From contig OY762866.2 of NCBI GenBank assembly GCA_963666495.2, forward strand, positions 3,692,997-3,756,996: a stretch of 64,000 bases of DNA, written 5' to 3'. Of this stretch, positions 47,693 through 56,840 are shown piece after piece. Source of the DNA: Bacteroidaceae bacterium. Its GTDB lineage: Bacteria > Bacteroidota > Bacteroidia > Bacteroidales > Bacteroidaceae. Each line of letters opens with the position of its first letter. Position 1 is the stretch's first letter. The notes beneath the pieces are model-generated. The model was not told where the DNA came from and did not search any database. It saw only the letters and a list, made by a program, of their open reading frames with translations. Made by a program: the position numbers and the translations under genes.

Positions 47693-49192
47693 CTATTTCG
47701 TTGATAAATCAACAGCATAATTAGCACGCTTTCCAGAAGGAAACATTCCAGTCATAAAGAGTACTTGTTCTGGCGACTGAGTAGCTGCTTTAAATAAATC
47801 TTCAAATTCAGCTGTAGTATTAACTGGCTGACCATTAACCTTCAATATAATGAATCCTTTAGTTATCCCTGCATCTTTCATTTTACCACTTTGTACGCCT
47901 GTAACCTCCAGTCCATTGCTAAGTTTCAGTTGCGCTTTCAAGTCACCAGGTAATTCTCTGAACGCTGCACCTAAAATATCCATATCTGCATTTTTCACCA
48001 CTTTGGTATTTCCTTGTGAATTCTTCAAAGTTACATCAAATGTTTTTTCCTTTTTATCACGAACAACTTTCACCTTTATATTAGTTCCGGGAGTAAAGCG
48101 TGTGATTGTTTCCTGCAACTCAGCCATAGATTTAATATCTTTTCCATTAATAGCCACAATAACATCTTTTGCTTTCAAACCAGCATCAGCAGCAGAACCT
48201 CCATCTGTAACTTCATCAATATATACCCCATTAATTACTCCCAAATCTTTTTCTTTTGCGAGTTCTGCACTATTATCACCACCTCTAACTCCTAATAAAG
48301 CTCGTTGAACTGTACCATATTCTTTAAGGTCGGCAACTACTTTTTTCATTATTGTAGTTGGAATAGCAAATCCATAACCAGCATAAGATCCTGTTGGAGA
48401 ATAAATAGCCGAATTAATTCCCACTAATTCTCCACGTGTATTTACCAAAGCGCCACCACTATTACCTTGATTAATCGCAGCATCTGTCTGAATGAAGGAT
48501 TCAATGCCTCCACCTCCCATGCCAAGGTTACGTGCTTTTGCACTAACAATACCAGCTGTTACAGTAGAAGATAAATTCAAAGGATTACCTACAGCAAGCA
48601 CCCATTCACCAACCTTTAAGTCATCAGAATTTCCAACTGGAAGAGTTGGGAAGTCCTTTCCTTCTATTTTAATCAAAGCTAAGTCTGTTGCAGCATCAGC
48701 ACCAATCAGGCGAGCCTTAAATTCTCGCTTATCATTAAGAGTTACTGTAATTACATCACTATTATCTATTACGTGATTATTAGTAACGATATATCCATCG
48801 TTTGAGATGATTACACCAGAACCAATGCCAACTTTGGGAGGTTGTTGTACTTGTCTTTGTTGACGTCCTCCATTACCATTTCCGAAGAAATCTCCAAAGA
48901 AATCACTAAAAGGATCTTGCACATCTACAGTTGTAGTTTTCGCATTGATTGTTGATTTTATGTGAACAACAGCATGAACCGAATTCTCTGCTGCAAAAGT
49001 AAAATCTACTGGTGCAGCATCAGAAGCATTGAAGCTGGCACGATGAACATTAGGGTTCTGCGGAAACATTTCCTCAAATGCCATGTTTGCTTTTTTAGGA
49101 GCAACAAGAGAATAAGTTGTTACTGCTGCAACTCCAGAACTGAGAGCGATCACAAGTCCTAAACCTAAGATGTTTTTCGTTTTCTGTTTCAT
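47693..49192 (-). CDS. htrA: HtrA/DegP-family serine protease with two PDZ domains
   Basis: GSGVIIS.DGYIVTNNHV, TDLALIK, QTDAAINQGNSGG; two PDZ-like segments. Confidence 0.93.
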   Translation of the reverse strand: MKQKTKNILGLGLVIALSSGVAAVTTYSLVAPKKANMAFEEMFPQNPNVHRASFNASDAAPVDFTFAAENSVHAVVHIKSTINAKTTTVDVQDPFSDFFGDFFGNGNGGRQQRQVQQPPKVGIGSGVIISNDGYIVTNNHVIDNSDVITVTLNDKREFKARLIGADAATDLALIKIEGKDFPTLPVGNSDDLKVGEWVLAVGNPLNLSSTVTAGIVSAKARNLGMGGGGIESFIQTDAAINQGNSGGALVNTRGELVGINSAIYSPTGSYAGYGFAIPTTIMKKVVADLKEYGTVQRALLGVRGGDNSAELAKEKDLGVINGVYIDEVTDGGSAADAGLKAKDVIVAINGKDIKSMAELQETITRFTPGTNIKVKVVRDKKEKTFDVTLKNSQGNTKVVKNADMDILGAAFRELPGDLKAQLKLSNGLEVTGVQSGKMKDAGITKGFIILKVNGQPVNTTAEFEDLFKAATQSPEQVLFMTGMFPSGKRANYAVDLSTK

Positions 49193-49403
49193 ATTATTCT
49201 AACTATTAAATTTGTTAATATCTCGTTTGTGTTTAACTTTATCGACGTTAAATTAACAACAAAAATCAGTCAATTATTCAACATGTCATTCATTTTTGCT
49301 ATCTTTTAACAGAGAAATAAAGCACTTAACAGCACTTAACGACAGAGACTGACAAATTTACATTCGTTAGATAAGGAAGGTGACAAAAAGAGGATGACAA
49401 AAG

Positions 49404-50729
49404 TTATTCCATATATTCAATTTCTAAATTCCATTTCCATTTATCAAAATAAAGATTACCTTTTCTCCACTCAGCCTCCCCACGTTGAAAATCAACAGTT
49501 TCGCTTCGATGGTATTTTTTGGCAGGAAAAAGTGAATTGGAATAGTCATCATTTACAATCATCCGATATGAATCTATACCGGTCATAAAGAAATATTTTT
49601 CATCCTGATTCTTAGAAGGAAATAATCCAAAAGATTGATCAACAGGGACCCACCCCACTCCTTCAAAATAAACCTGAGCCCAATCATGCATATTTTTACC
49701 TCCCGGATGCATCATAAATCCACTTTGAAACTTAGCAGGAATACCACAATAGCGGGCCAGGGTAATAAAGAGTAAGCTCACTTGGCCACAATCACCGTGT
49801 TTATTATCGAGCACATATTCCGGAATATTATCAAGAGTAGAATATTCCCGTGCCGATGCCCATGGAATTTGATTAATCCACTCATATATCTTCTTGACTT
49901 TCAGAAGTGGATTCTGTTCATTGCCTACAATTTGTGTAGCAAGCTCTTTTATACGTGGGGTAAAAAGAATATGTTTCTCTCTTTCACTGGTATATTTCTT
50001 ATATAAGGAAGTATTCTTTCTATAAGGCAATATATCTTCCGGTTTTAACTGATGCCATTCCGCAGATGAAGTATACTCATATTCCACAGAAAAAGTTGTA
50101 GGTTTATCTTTTTCTTGTTTTTTCTCCATGTATATTGTAGAATGCTTGTATTTAACAGGAGCTATTACATATTTATCTTCACTTGTATTGAATAGCTTCA
50201 GATCGGTTTGGCGAGGCTGATCTGTACGAGGATAAGGTAACCAGCATCGAATAATTTCTCCTTCGGGTACTGCATTAGGCTGAACAGTCAATGAATACTT
50301 TACATGCATTTTTACTGAAAGGACAATATTTTGCTTCTTTGCCTTAACCGCACTTACAACTAAAGGTACATGAGTTAAATTCACTCTATCTTTACCATCT
50401 TCTGCTACGCCATCTTTTGCAATTTTTATAGCAATAGCTTCCTTATTGATACGAAAAAGATTTGGTGCTGCATTATAGAAATACATCTTTTTCCCATCAA
50501 TAGTCATACATTCAAGTGATTTCTCATTTTCCCATTGAAGCATTTGTTCATCACTGACATTGGGGATATATTTACGAATATAATCAATGACCTGATCTCT
50601 GTTTTTAGAAAAATCGATTCGGGTACGATTCATCTTTTCTTGTTCAAAACCAGCCATTGATTCAGAATAAGAGACACAACCTGTAAACATAAAGATTCCA
50701 CACAAGCCCAGCCAACATGCTTTCTTCAT
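49404..50729 (-). CDS. Transglutaminase-like lipoprotein
   Basis: Lipobox FTGC; triad motifs GDCGQ (Cys) and HDWAQVYF.G.GWVPVD (His, Asp). Confidence 0.85.
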   Translation of the reverse strand: MKKACWLGLCGIFMFTGCVSYSESMAGFEQEKMNRTRIDFSKNRDQVIDYIRKYIPNVSDEQMLQWENEKSLECMTIDGKKMYFYNAAPNLFRINKEAIAIKIAKDGVAEDGKDRVNLTHVPLVVSAVKAKKQNIVLSVKMHVKYSLTVQPNAVPEGEIIRCWLPYPRTDQPRQTDLKLFNTSEDKYVIAPVKYKHSTIYMEKKQEKDKPTTFSVEYEYTSSAEWHQLKPEDILPYRKNTSLYKKYTSEREKHILFTPRIKELATQIVGNEQNPLLKVKKIYEWINQIPWASAREYSTLDNIPEYVLDNKHGDCGQVSLLFITLARYCGIPAKFQSGFMMHPGGKNMHDWAQVYFEGVGWVPVDQSFGLFPSKNQDEKYFFMTGIDSYRMIVNDDYSNSLFPAKKYHRSETVDFQRGEAEWRKGNLYFDKWKWNLEIEYME

Positions 50730-50733
50730 ACAT

Positions 50734-51888
50734 CTATAGTTTTTTTATTCCAATCCCCGGAAGATCATTTAAGGTTATCTTACCTTTTACAACTTCCATC
50801 CCTTTAAAGAGATCATTAGAAATAAGAAGATTGCCATCCAAATCTGCAAAATCAACAGCCGGTGAGAATTGCGCAGCTGCCGAAACAGCACAAGATGTTT
50901 CAGTCATGCACCCTACCATAATTTTCATACCTAAAGCTTTTCCTAACGTAACCATCTTCCAGGCTTCGCGCATTCCAGTACATTTCATTAATTTTATATT
51001 GATACCGGTAAAAACACCTTTTAATTTTGCAACATCACTCAATCGCTGAAGAGATTCATCTGCAAAGATAGGAAGTGGACTTTGTTGAGTAACCCAGGCA
51101 ATATCATCAAGCTGAGCTTTTGGCATAGGCTGCTCAATCATTACAATACCTTGCTCTTTCAGCCATTGAATCATATCTAAAGCATGATATTTATCTTTCC
51201 AACCCTGATTTGCATCGACAGCAATAGGCAACTGACTTACAGCACGAATGGCATTTATTATCTCTTTATCATTTTCGCGTCCAAGCTTTACTTTAAGGAT
51301 ATTAAATTTATCTGCAACTTCCAGCGTTTTTTCTTTAACAACTTCTGCGGTATCAATACCTATAGTATAGGTTGTAGAAGGCGCTTTCTCTTTATCAAGT
51401 CCCCATATCTTATACCATGGTGCATTTAGTAATTTTCCTACCAAGTCGTGAAGCGCAATATCAACAGATGCCTTCGCTGCCGTATTTCCCGGCATTACAC
51501 CATCTACATAAGCCAATATATCTTCCAATTGGAAAGGATCATTAAACTGTTCGAAATTTACTTTTTTAAGGAAAGCCATAACAGACTCTACAGACTCTCC
51601 CAAATAAGGAGGCATAGATGCTTCACCGTAACCTATTACTCCATCATATTCAATCTCTACTTGTACATCCGGCGTTGTAGTCCGGGAATAAGTTGCAACA
51701 GTAAAAACATGTTTCAACTTTAAATCATATGGGCGAAAAGTTAGTTTCATCTTACCTGAATGAGAATGTTTATTAATTGAAAAAATAGAGTTAATTGATT
51801 CGCCGGCTAGTGTACCTTGCATAGCTACCCCGGAGCCGATAGCAGCTAATGCAGCTGTCTTTATAAATTGTCTTCTGTCCTGACTCAT
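50734..51888 (-). CDS. Dipeptide (L-Ala-D/L-Glu) epimerase, enolase superfamily, with Tat-like signal
   Basis: DRRQFIK signal; LKVKLG, VDANQGW, IEQP, ADES, NIKLMKCTG, GCMTETS, DLDG. Confidence 0.9.
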   Translation of the reverse strand: MSQDRRQFIKTAALAAIGSGVAMQGTLAGESINSIFSINKHSHSGKMKLTFRPYDLKLKHVFTVATYSRTTTPDVQVEIEYDGVIGYGEASMPPYLGESVESVMAFLKKVNFEQFNDPFQLEDILAYVDGVMPGNTAAKASVDIALHDLVGKLLNAPWYKIWGLDKEKAPSTTYTIGIDTAEVVKEKTLEVADKFNILKVKLGRENDKEIINAIRAVSQLPIAVDANQGWKDKYHALDMIQWLKEQGIVMIEQPMPKAQLDDIAWVTQQSPLPIFADESLQRLSDVAKLKGVFTGINIKLMKCTGMREAWKMVTLGKALGMKIMVGCMTETSCAVSAAAQFSPAVDFADLDGNLLISNDLFKGMEVVKGKITLNDLPGIGIKKL

Positions 51889-51900
51889 AAGTCTTGGTTA

Positions 51901-53109
51901 TTATTGAGGTTGATAAAATGGATTAGATTTAAGAGTACTGATATCCGCTGTTCCAATATGACCAAGAATTCGACCCGCACTTAATAGTCTGTTAAGATTA
52001 TATTGATCAAAGTCTTTATCATCCGGATTGAAGCTGCTTATATGTACATATCCTTGCGAGTGAATAAATTTCTGATTACCTATATATATAGCCACATGTA
52101 TTACTCGTTCTTTTTGTTCCGCGGTTGCTTTTCGTCCAAAAAACAATAAATCTCCAGGCTTTAGGTTTTCAAATCCATTACTAATGTCTATTCTTTCTCC
52201 TACATAAGCCATTTGAGATGCATCACGAGGCAGAATAACCCCATTAAGAAACATAACCATTTTTACAAAACCACTGCAATCCATTGCTTTGGCAGACATT
52301 CCACCCCACATATAAGGAATTCCCATAAATGTCATTCCGGTATTTATTATACTATCAGCAGTTATCTTATCTCTATTTAACCATTCGCTTTCTGGCATTC
52401 CTGCAGATTTTGGTAAATAGGCCATTCTTCCATCAGGATATGAGACTTTATAAAAGCCTCTATCCTCACCTTCACATTTTAACATGTTGCCACTAACAAC
52501 ATCAGATACTGTTTGAGAGTTCAAATCAGGTTTTTCAAAAGTAAACCCATAATGAGACGTTACAACAATCTTATTAGATGCATTCCATGAATTATACTCT
52601 GTTTTATTCATAGGAATAATACTAGATGAGTTCACCCAGGAAATATAATTATCAGGAGTCTGTACTCTGTACCATTCATCTTCTTGCAGTATCTTCACGG
52701 GAGTACCCAATAATGCTTGAGTCATCATTTCACTAGCAAAACTTACTTTTTTTCGAAGATTAGCAACAGATACATTTACTACCCCATATATCTTATCACC
52801 TAAAATACTATCGGGCAACAATCTGAAGTTATCTACAATCTTATACTTCTTTTCGAGTAATAGAGAAATAAGCTCTACTTTTGCTTCTGGTATCGAAGTT
52901 GAACCATATAACGTAAGTGTCTTTCTTTTCTTTTTTACTTCAAGATCAAAAACAACATTCCGCTTATCAGGAGCATACTTTTGTTCAACGGTTTCTATCA
53001 CCTTTTTTATACGTTTGGGAAGGTCTTTAGCAAAAGTGTAATTGCACATTACAACTCCAGCAAATAAAATGAGAAACAGAACTATACGTTTTTTCATTTT
53101 AAGAAGCAT
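51901..53109 (-). CDS. NlpC/P60 gamma-D-glutamyl endopeptidase with SH3b domains (YkfC-like)
   Basis: TQALLGTPV..WYRVQTPDNYISW SH3b; PYMWGG..DCSG, LPRDASQ, GDLLFF, HVAIY..FIHS; -7 box TACCTTTG at 53130-53137. Confidence 0.9.
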   Translation of the reverse strand: MLLKMKKRIVLFLILFAGVVMCNYTFAKDLPKRIKKVIETVEQKYAPDKRNVVFDLEVKKKRKTLTLYGSTSIPEAKVELISLLLEKKYKIVDNFRLLPDSILGDKIYGVVNVSVANLRKKVSFASEMMTQALLGTPVKILQEDEWYRVQTPDNYISWVNSSSIIPMNKTEYNSWNASNKIVVTSHYGFTFEKPDLNSQTVSDVVSGNMLKCEGEDRGFYKVSYPDGRMAYLPKSAGMPESEWLNRDKITADSIINTGMTFMGIPYMWGGMSAKAMDCSGFVKMVMFLNGVILPRDASQMAYVGERIDISNGFENLKPGDLLFFGRKATAEQKERVIHVAIYIGNQKFIHSQGYVHISSFNPDDKDFDQYNLNRLLSAGRILGHIGTADISTLKSNPFYQPQ

Positions 53110-53210
53110 TAAAAGATTATCTTAATACACAAAGGTATTATTATTTTTATTAACAGATACATTTTATTAGTTTTTTTAAGATTTAAATTATTGATGTATC
53201 ATTTTAATTT

Positions 53211-53290
53211 AGACCCCCATCTAAACCTTTTTTAGATGGGGGTCTAAAATGTTTTAGATCCGGGTCTAAGCTCTATTGAGACCCGGGTCT
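53211..53290. repeat. Four AGACCCGGGTCT-like palindromic units at 22-23-bp period
   Basis: Units at 53211, 53234, 53256 and 53279. Confidence 0.85.
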
Positions 53291-53450
53291 TAATAAAAAT
53301 ATTAAATGATTAATTATAATATTCAATTTGCAATTATCTATCTAAAGCAAATTACACAAATTATTCCTCAATAAATAAAATCCATTAGTGAATGGCTGAA
53401 ATTTATTCTTGAATGGTTTTAATACTCACGCCGAACTTTTTTGAAAAAGT

Positions 53451-53801
53451 CCATCACTCCCTCACTTCTTTGCATGTAACTACCTGATTAATTGACTCGT
53501 AAAAAGTAATTCCTATAATTTCATCCCTCACTTTACCATCACTTAACCATCACTTTTCAGAGCATCCCTCACTTTTTCGAATCATTTTTTGCTGTTTCGT
53601 ACATTTCGAAAACTAAGAAAATAAGAGCAAGGTATGCAATTCCAGCAAAATTTCTCATTTAAAAATGACAAATAGAGATCGAAAAGGTGAGGGTAACACC
53701 ATTTGGTGAGGGTTCTTGTGATAGTTCAGAATGCCACCCTCACCTCCTATAACACTGATTTACAAAGAATTGAATAATATTAGTGAGGGAGTGAGAGATG
53801 A
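53451..53801. mobile_element. Second, more diverged CCCTCAC/GTGAGGG element
   Basis: Left end CCATCACTCCCTCACT, right end AGTGAGGGAGTGAGAGATGA, internal core clusters as in 30569-30901. Mobility is inferred only. Confidence 0.55.
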
Positions 53802-53867
53802 ATTAAAAAGAAATAAATATGAAGCAAAATATAAAACGATTAGAGCTGACTTCTCAAATATTTTCGT

Positions 53868-53875
53868 TATTTTTG
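53868..53875 (+). promoter_or_regulatory. -7 box (TATTTTTG) of rnpB
   Basis: TAnnTTTG immediately before the P1 helix. Confidence 0.65.
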
Positions 53876-53881
53876 CAAAAG

Positions 53882-54252
53882 AAAAGCAGCCGACCGGTTT
53901 GTCGCACGTACATTATTTGTACGGGAGGAAAGTCCGGGCAACATAGAGCATCCTACTTCCTAACAGAAAGCTGTCCGCGAGGGTAGAGTAACGTAGAAGA
54001 AAATAACCGCCTCTTTTCGGAGAGGTAAGGGTGAGAAGGCAGGGTAAGAGCCTACCGGTCCTTGTGGCAACACGGGAGCCGTACGTCTTAGGAGTTGTAA
54101 GGTCATGTAAACCGACGCTATTGAGGGCTGCTCGCCCCAGCCGGAGGGTAGACCGCTAGAACTTAATGGTGACATTAAGTCCAGATAAATGACAGACGCT
54201 TTATTTGTTTACATTTAAAGAACAGAACTCGGCTTATAGGTCGGCTGCTTTT
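53882..54252 (+). ncRNA. rnpB: RNase P RNA (type A)
   Basis: GGAGGAAAGTCCGGGC near the 5' end, AACAGAACTCGGCTTATAG near the 3' end; terminal P1 pairing AAAAGCAGCCGACC/GGTCGGCTGCTTTT. Confidence 0.96.
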
Positions 54253-54289
54253 TTCTTTTTATAAACTTTGATAACTACAGATTAAAGCT

Positions 54290-55609
54290 ATGAATAAGAA
54301 AATAAAAGCATTCTTCAATTTTATTACTTATGACATCTGGCGGGTTTCAGAAGCAGAAGTAACTCATACAAAATTCTCTCTCTATAATATTGTAAAAACG
54401 ATAATTCTTGCAGTACGGCGTTTTACTACAGACCGTTTAACCGACAAAGCTTCTGCACTAACATACAGCACACTTCTTTCAATAGTTCCTCTTTTAGCTA
54501 TTTTATTTGCCATAGCCCGTGGATTTGGATTTGACAATATGATGGAGGAACAGATAAGAAGCAGTTTAAGTAGTCAGGAAACAGCAACCGGAACTATATT
54601 GGGTTTTGTTGATTCTTACTTAAAACAAACAAAAAGTGGAATATTTGTAGGGGTAGGTTTAGTCCTCTTACTTTGGACTGTTGTTAATTTAACAGCCAAT
54701 ATAGAACTTACATTTAATAATATCTGGCAAGTAAAAAAACAACGAACATTATATAGAAAAATTACGGATTACTTTTCAATGTTTCTGCTTTTGCCTATAT
54801 TAATAGTTGTATCGGGAGGTCTCTCTATTTTTACAAGTACAATGCTAAAAAGCATGGAAAGTTTTGTTATGCTTGCTCCTATTTTAAAATTTATGGTGAG
54901 AACTATTCCATTTGCACTAACCTGGCTTATGTTTACGGCTCTTTTTATTTTTATACCGAACACCAAAGTTAAGTTCAAACATGCTCTAATCTCGGGTATT
55001 ATTGCAGGAACTGCTTATCAAGCTTTTCAGTTTCTATATATTAACGGACAGATTTCTGTAACAAAATACAATGCAATTTATGGTAGCTTTGCAGCAATAC
55101 CGCTTTTTCTATTATGGCTTCAAATTTCATGGACAATTATACTTTTCGGAGCAGAACTTACATACGCGGGTCAAAACATCAAAAACTTCAACTTTGAAAA
55201 AGACACTAAAAATATAAGCAGAAGGTATAGAGATTTTATATCAATACTTATTATGTCATTAATCTGTAAACGATTTGAAAAAGGAGAAAAACCATACAGT
55301 GCAGAAGAAATATCTTTGGAATATAAAATACCAATTAGACTAACTCATCAAATTCTGAGTCTTCTACAAGAAATAAATCTAATACATGAAGTTGCTGAAG
55401 ATACAAAAAGCGAGAATATATTATATCAGCCATCAATTGATATAAATAAAATTAACATCGAATTACTTCTCAATCGTATAGATACTAATGGTTCGGAAGA
55501 TTTTAAGATTGATAAAGATAATGAGTTTGGGAGTCATTGGCAAACATTAATAGAATCGCGCAATTTTGCCAAAATGGAAAACTGCGCGATTCTATTAAAA
55601 GACCTTTAA
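54290..55609 (+). CDS. YihY/BrkB-family membrane protein with C-terminal HTH-like extension
   Basis: KASALTYSTLLSIVP, IELTFNNIW, YGSFAAIPLFLLWLQISW.IILFGAEL. Confidence 0.88.
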   Translation: MNKKIKAFFNFITYDIWRVSEAEVTHTKFSLYNIVKTIILAVRRFTTDRLTDKASALTYSTLLSIVPLLAILFAIARGFGFDNMMEEQIRSSLSSQETATGTILGFVDSYLKQTKSGIFVGVGLVLLLWTVVNLTANIELTFNNIWQVKKQRTLYRKITDYFSMFLLLPILIVVSGGLSIFTSTMLKSMESFVMLAPILKFMVRTIPFALTWLMFTALFIFIPNTKVKFKHALISGIIAGTAYQAFQFLYINGQISVTKYNAIYGSFAAIPLFLLWLQISWTIILFGAELTYAGQNIKNFNFEKDTKNISRRYRDFISILIMSLICKRFEKGEKPYSAEEISLEYKIPIRLTHQILSLLQEINLIHEVAEDTKSENILYQPSIDINKINIELLLNRIDTNGSEDFKIDKDNEFGSHWQTLIESRNFAKMENCAILLKDL

Positions 55610-55618
55610 AGTCTATTT

Positions 55619-56824
55619 TTAATATATTTTTGAACGAGGAGTTCGTTCCGAGAATGTCAAATTTAAGAAGAATGAAAACATTTGATTCTTTTGAACATTC
55701 GAACCAGCTCCTGCTTGAGTCTCATATTTAACTCCAAAAGAAACCAAATTACCAGTCATTACGGGAATACCTAAACCAGCACTAACGTGATAGTTCATAG
55801 GCTTCTTACTTTTAAGAACAACATAGGAATTTGAAACGCCTGCTCCTAGCATAAAATGCCATGGGTTAGTAAAAGACTCCCCAGAAAGTAGATCTGCTCC
55901 AATATTCACAGCATGTTGATCACAATACGAGACAGAAGAATTATCAGATACCATAGCAGACCACTGAGTCAATTTATAATCAGCTGATAATGTCAAACGT
56001 TTATTATTCAAAGCAACACCACCTCCAAAGTATTGTGGCAAGAATTGAGATTTTGGATGTAATTTCTCAGTCAAGGTCTCACTACTCGATGAATTAATTA
56101 CAGTTCGATCGTTATTCAGACTTAGTTGTTGTTTATAACCATACACACCACCAAAGTTCATATTCCACTTTTTATTCAGAGCAATATTATATTGCAAACC
56201 GAAATCTGCATAAAATGCTTTTTTATAAGAAATATCTTTAATTGATGTATTTCCTTGTACCTCAGACTGAGTAGTACTACCCATTATATAAGAAAGATTT
56301 AATCCCAAAGAAAAATTCTTTGAGAATTTAAATGCATTAGATAGGTACACTTTAGACAAACCACCACTTCCTTCAAACAAAGAAGAGATAGTTCCTTCTG
56401 TTCCTTCAACCGGTTGATCTACAGTAATAGCATATCCCATACTACTCAATGGAGCTAAACCAGCAGCAGCATACCACGAAGGCATAACTCTAAAACCAAT
56501 ACCTAGATTACGAATGTTACCCGTAACAGAAGATGAGCTTCTTCCTCTAGTTGTATATTTTTCAAACGAAACATTAGCCCCAGCTTCGTAAACGAACTTT
56601 GCACTATCCATTGCAGTTAAAGCAGACGGATTTAAACCATTTAGAAAATTATCAGAACGAAGAGCTATCCCAACTCCACCCATACCAACATACTTGCCAG
56701 CTTCTCCAACAGTAATATCACCTATACCAAACATTGAAGAAGGAGAATTCGTACTATTTTGTGCAGAGACATTGAGAAAAAGAGATATAAATAAAGATAA
56801 TAAAAGTATTCTAGAAGTATTCAT
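55619..56824 (-). CDS. FadL/OmpP1-like outer membrane barrel protein
   Basis: Signal peptide; NSPSSMFGIGD, GMGGVGIALRS..LNPSA, FEGSGGLS; amphipathic strands. Confidence 0.75.
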   Translation of the reverse strand: MNTSRILLLSLFISLFLNVSAQNSTNSPSSMFGIGDITVGEAGKYVGMGGVGIALRSDNFLNGLNPSALTAMDSAKFVYEAGANVSFEKYTTRGRSSSSVTGNIRNLGIGFRVMPSWYAAAGLAPLSSMGYAITVDQPVEGTEGTISSLFEGSGGLSKVYLSNAFKFSKNFSLGLNLSYIMGSTTQSEVQGNTSIKDISYKKAFYADFGLQYNIALNKKWNMNFGGVYGYKQQLSLNNDRTVINSSSSETLTEKLHPKSQFLPQYFGGGVALNNKRLTLSADYKLTQWSAMVSDNSSVSYCDQHAVNIGADLLSGESFTNPWHFMLGAGVSNSYVVLKSKKPMNYHVSAGLGIPVMTGNLVSFGVKYETQAGAGSNVQKNQMFSFFLNLTFSERTPRSKIY

Positions 56825-56840
56825 TTTTATTAATTCAATA

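Noticed and set aside
46750-48776. Long plus-strand ORFs antisense to rpoD and htrA (46750-47175, 47850-48308, 48492-48776)
   Set aside because: Typical antisense frames of conserved, codon-biased genes; no start signals or domains.
53731-54175. Two 71-aa ORFs (53731-53946 +, 53960-54175 -)
   Set aside because: They overlap the repeat element and the RNase P RNA; no coding features.
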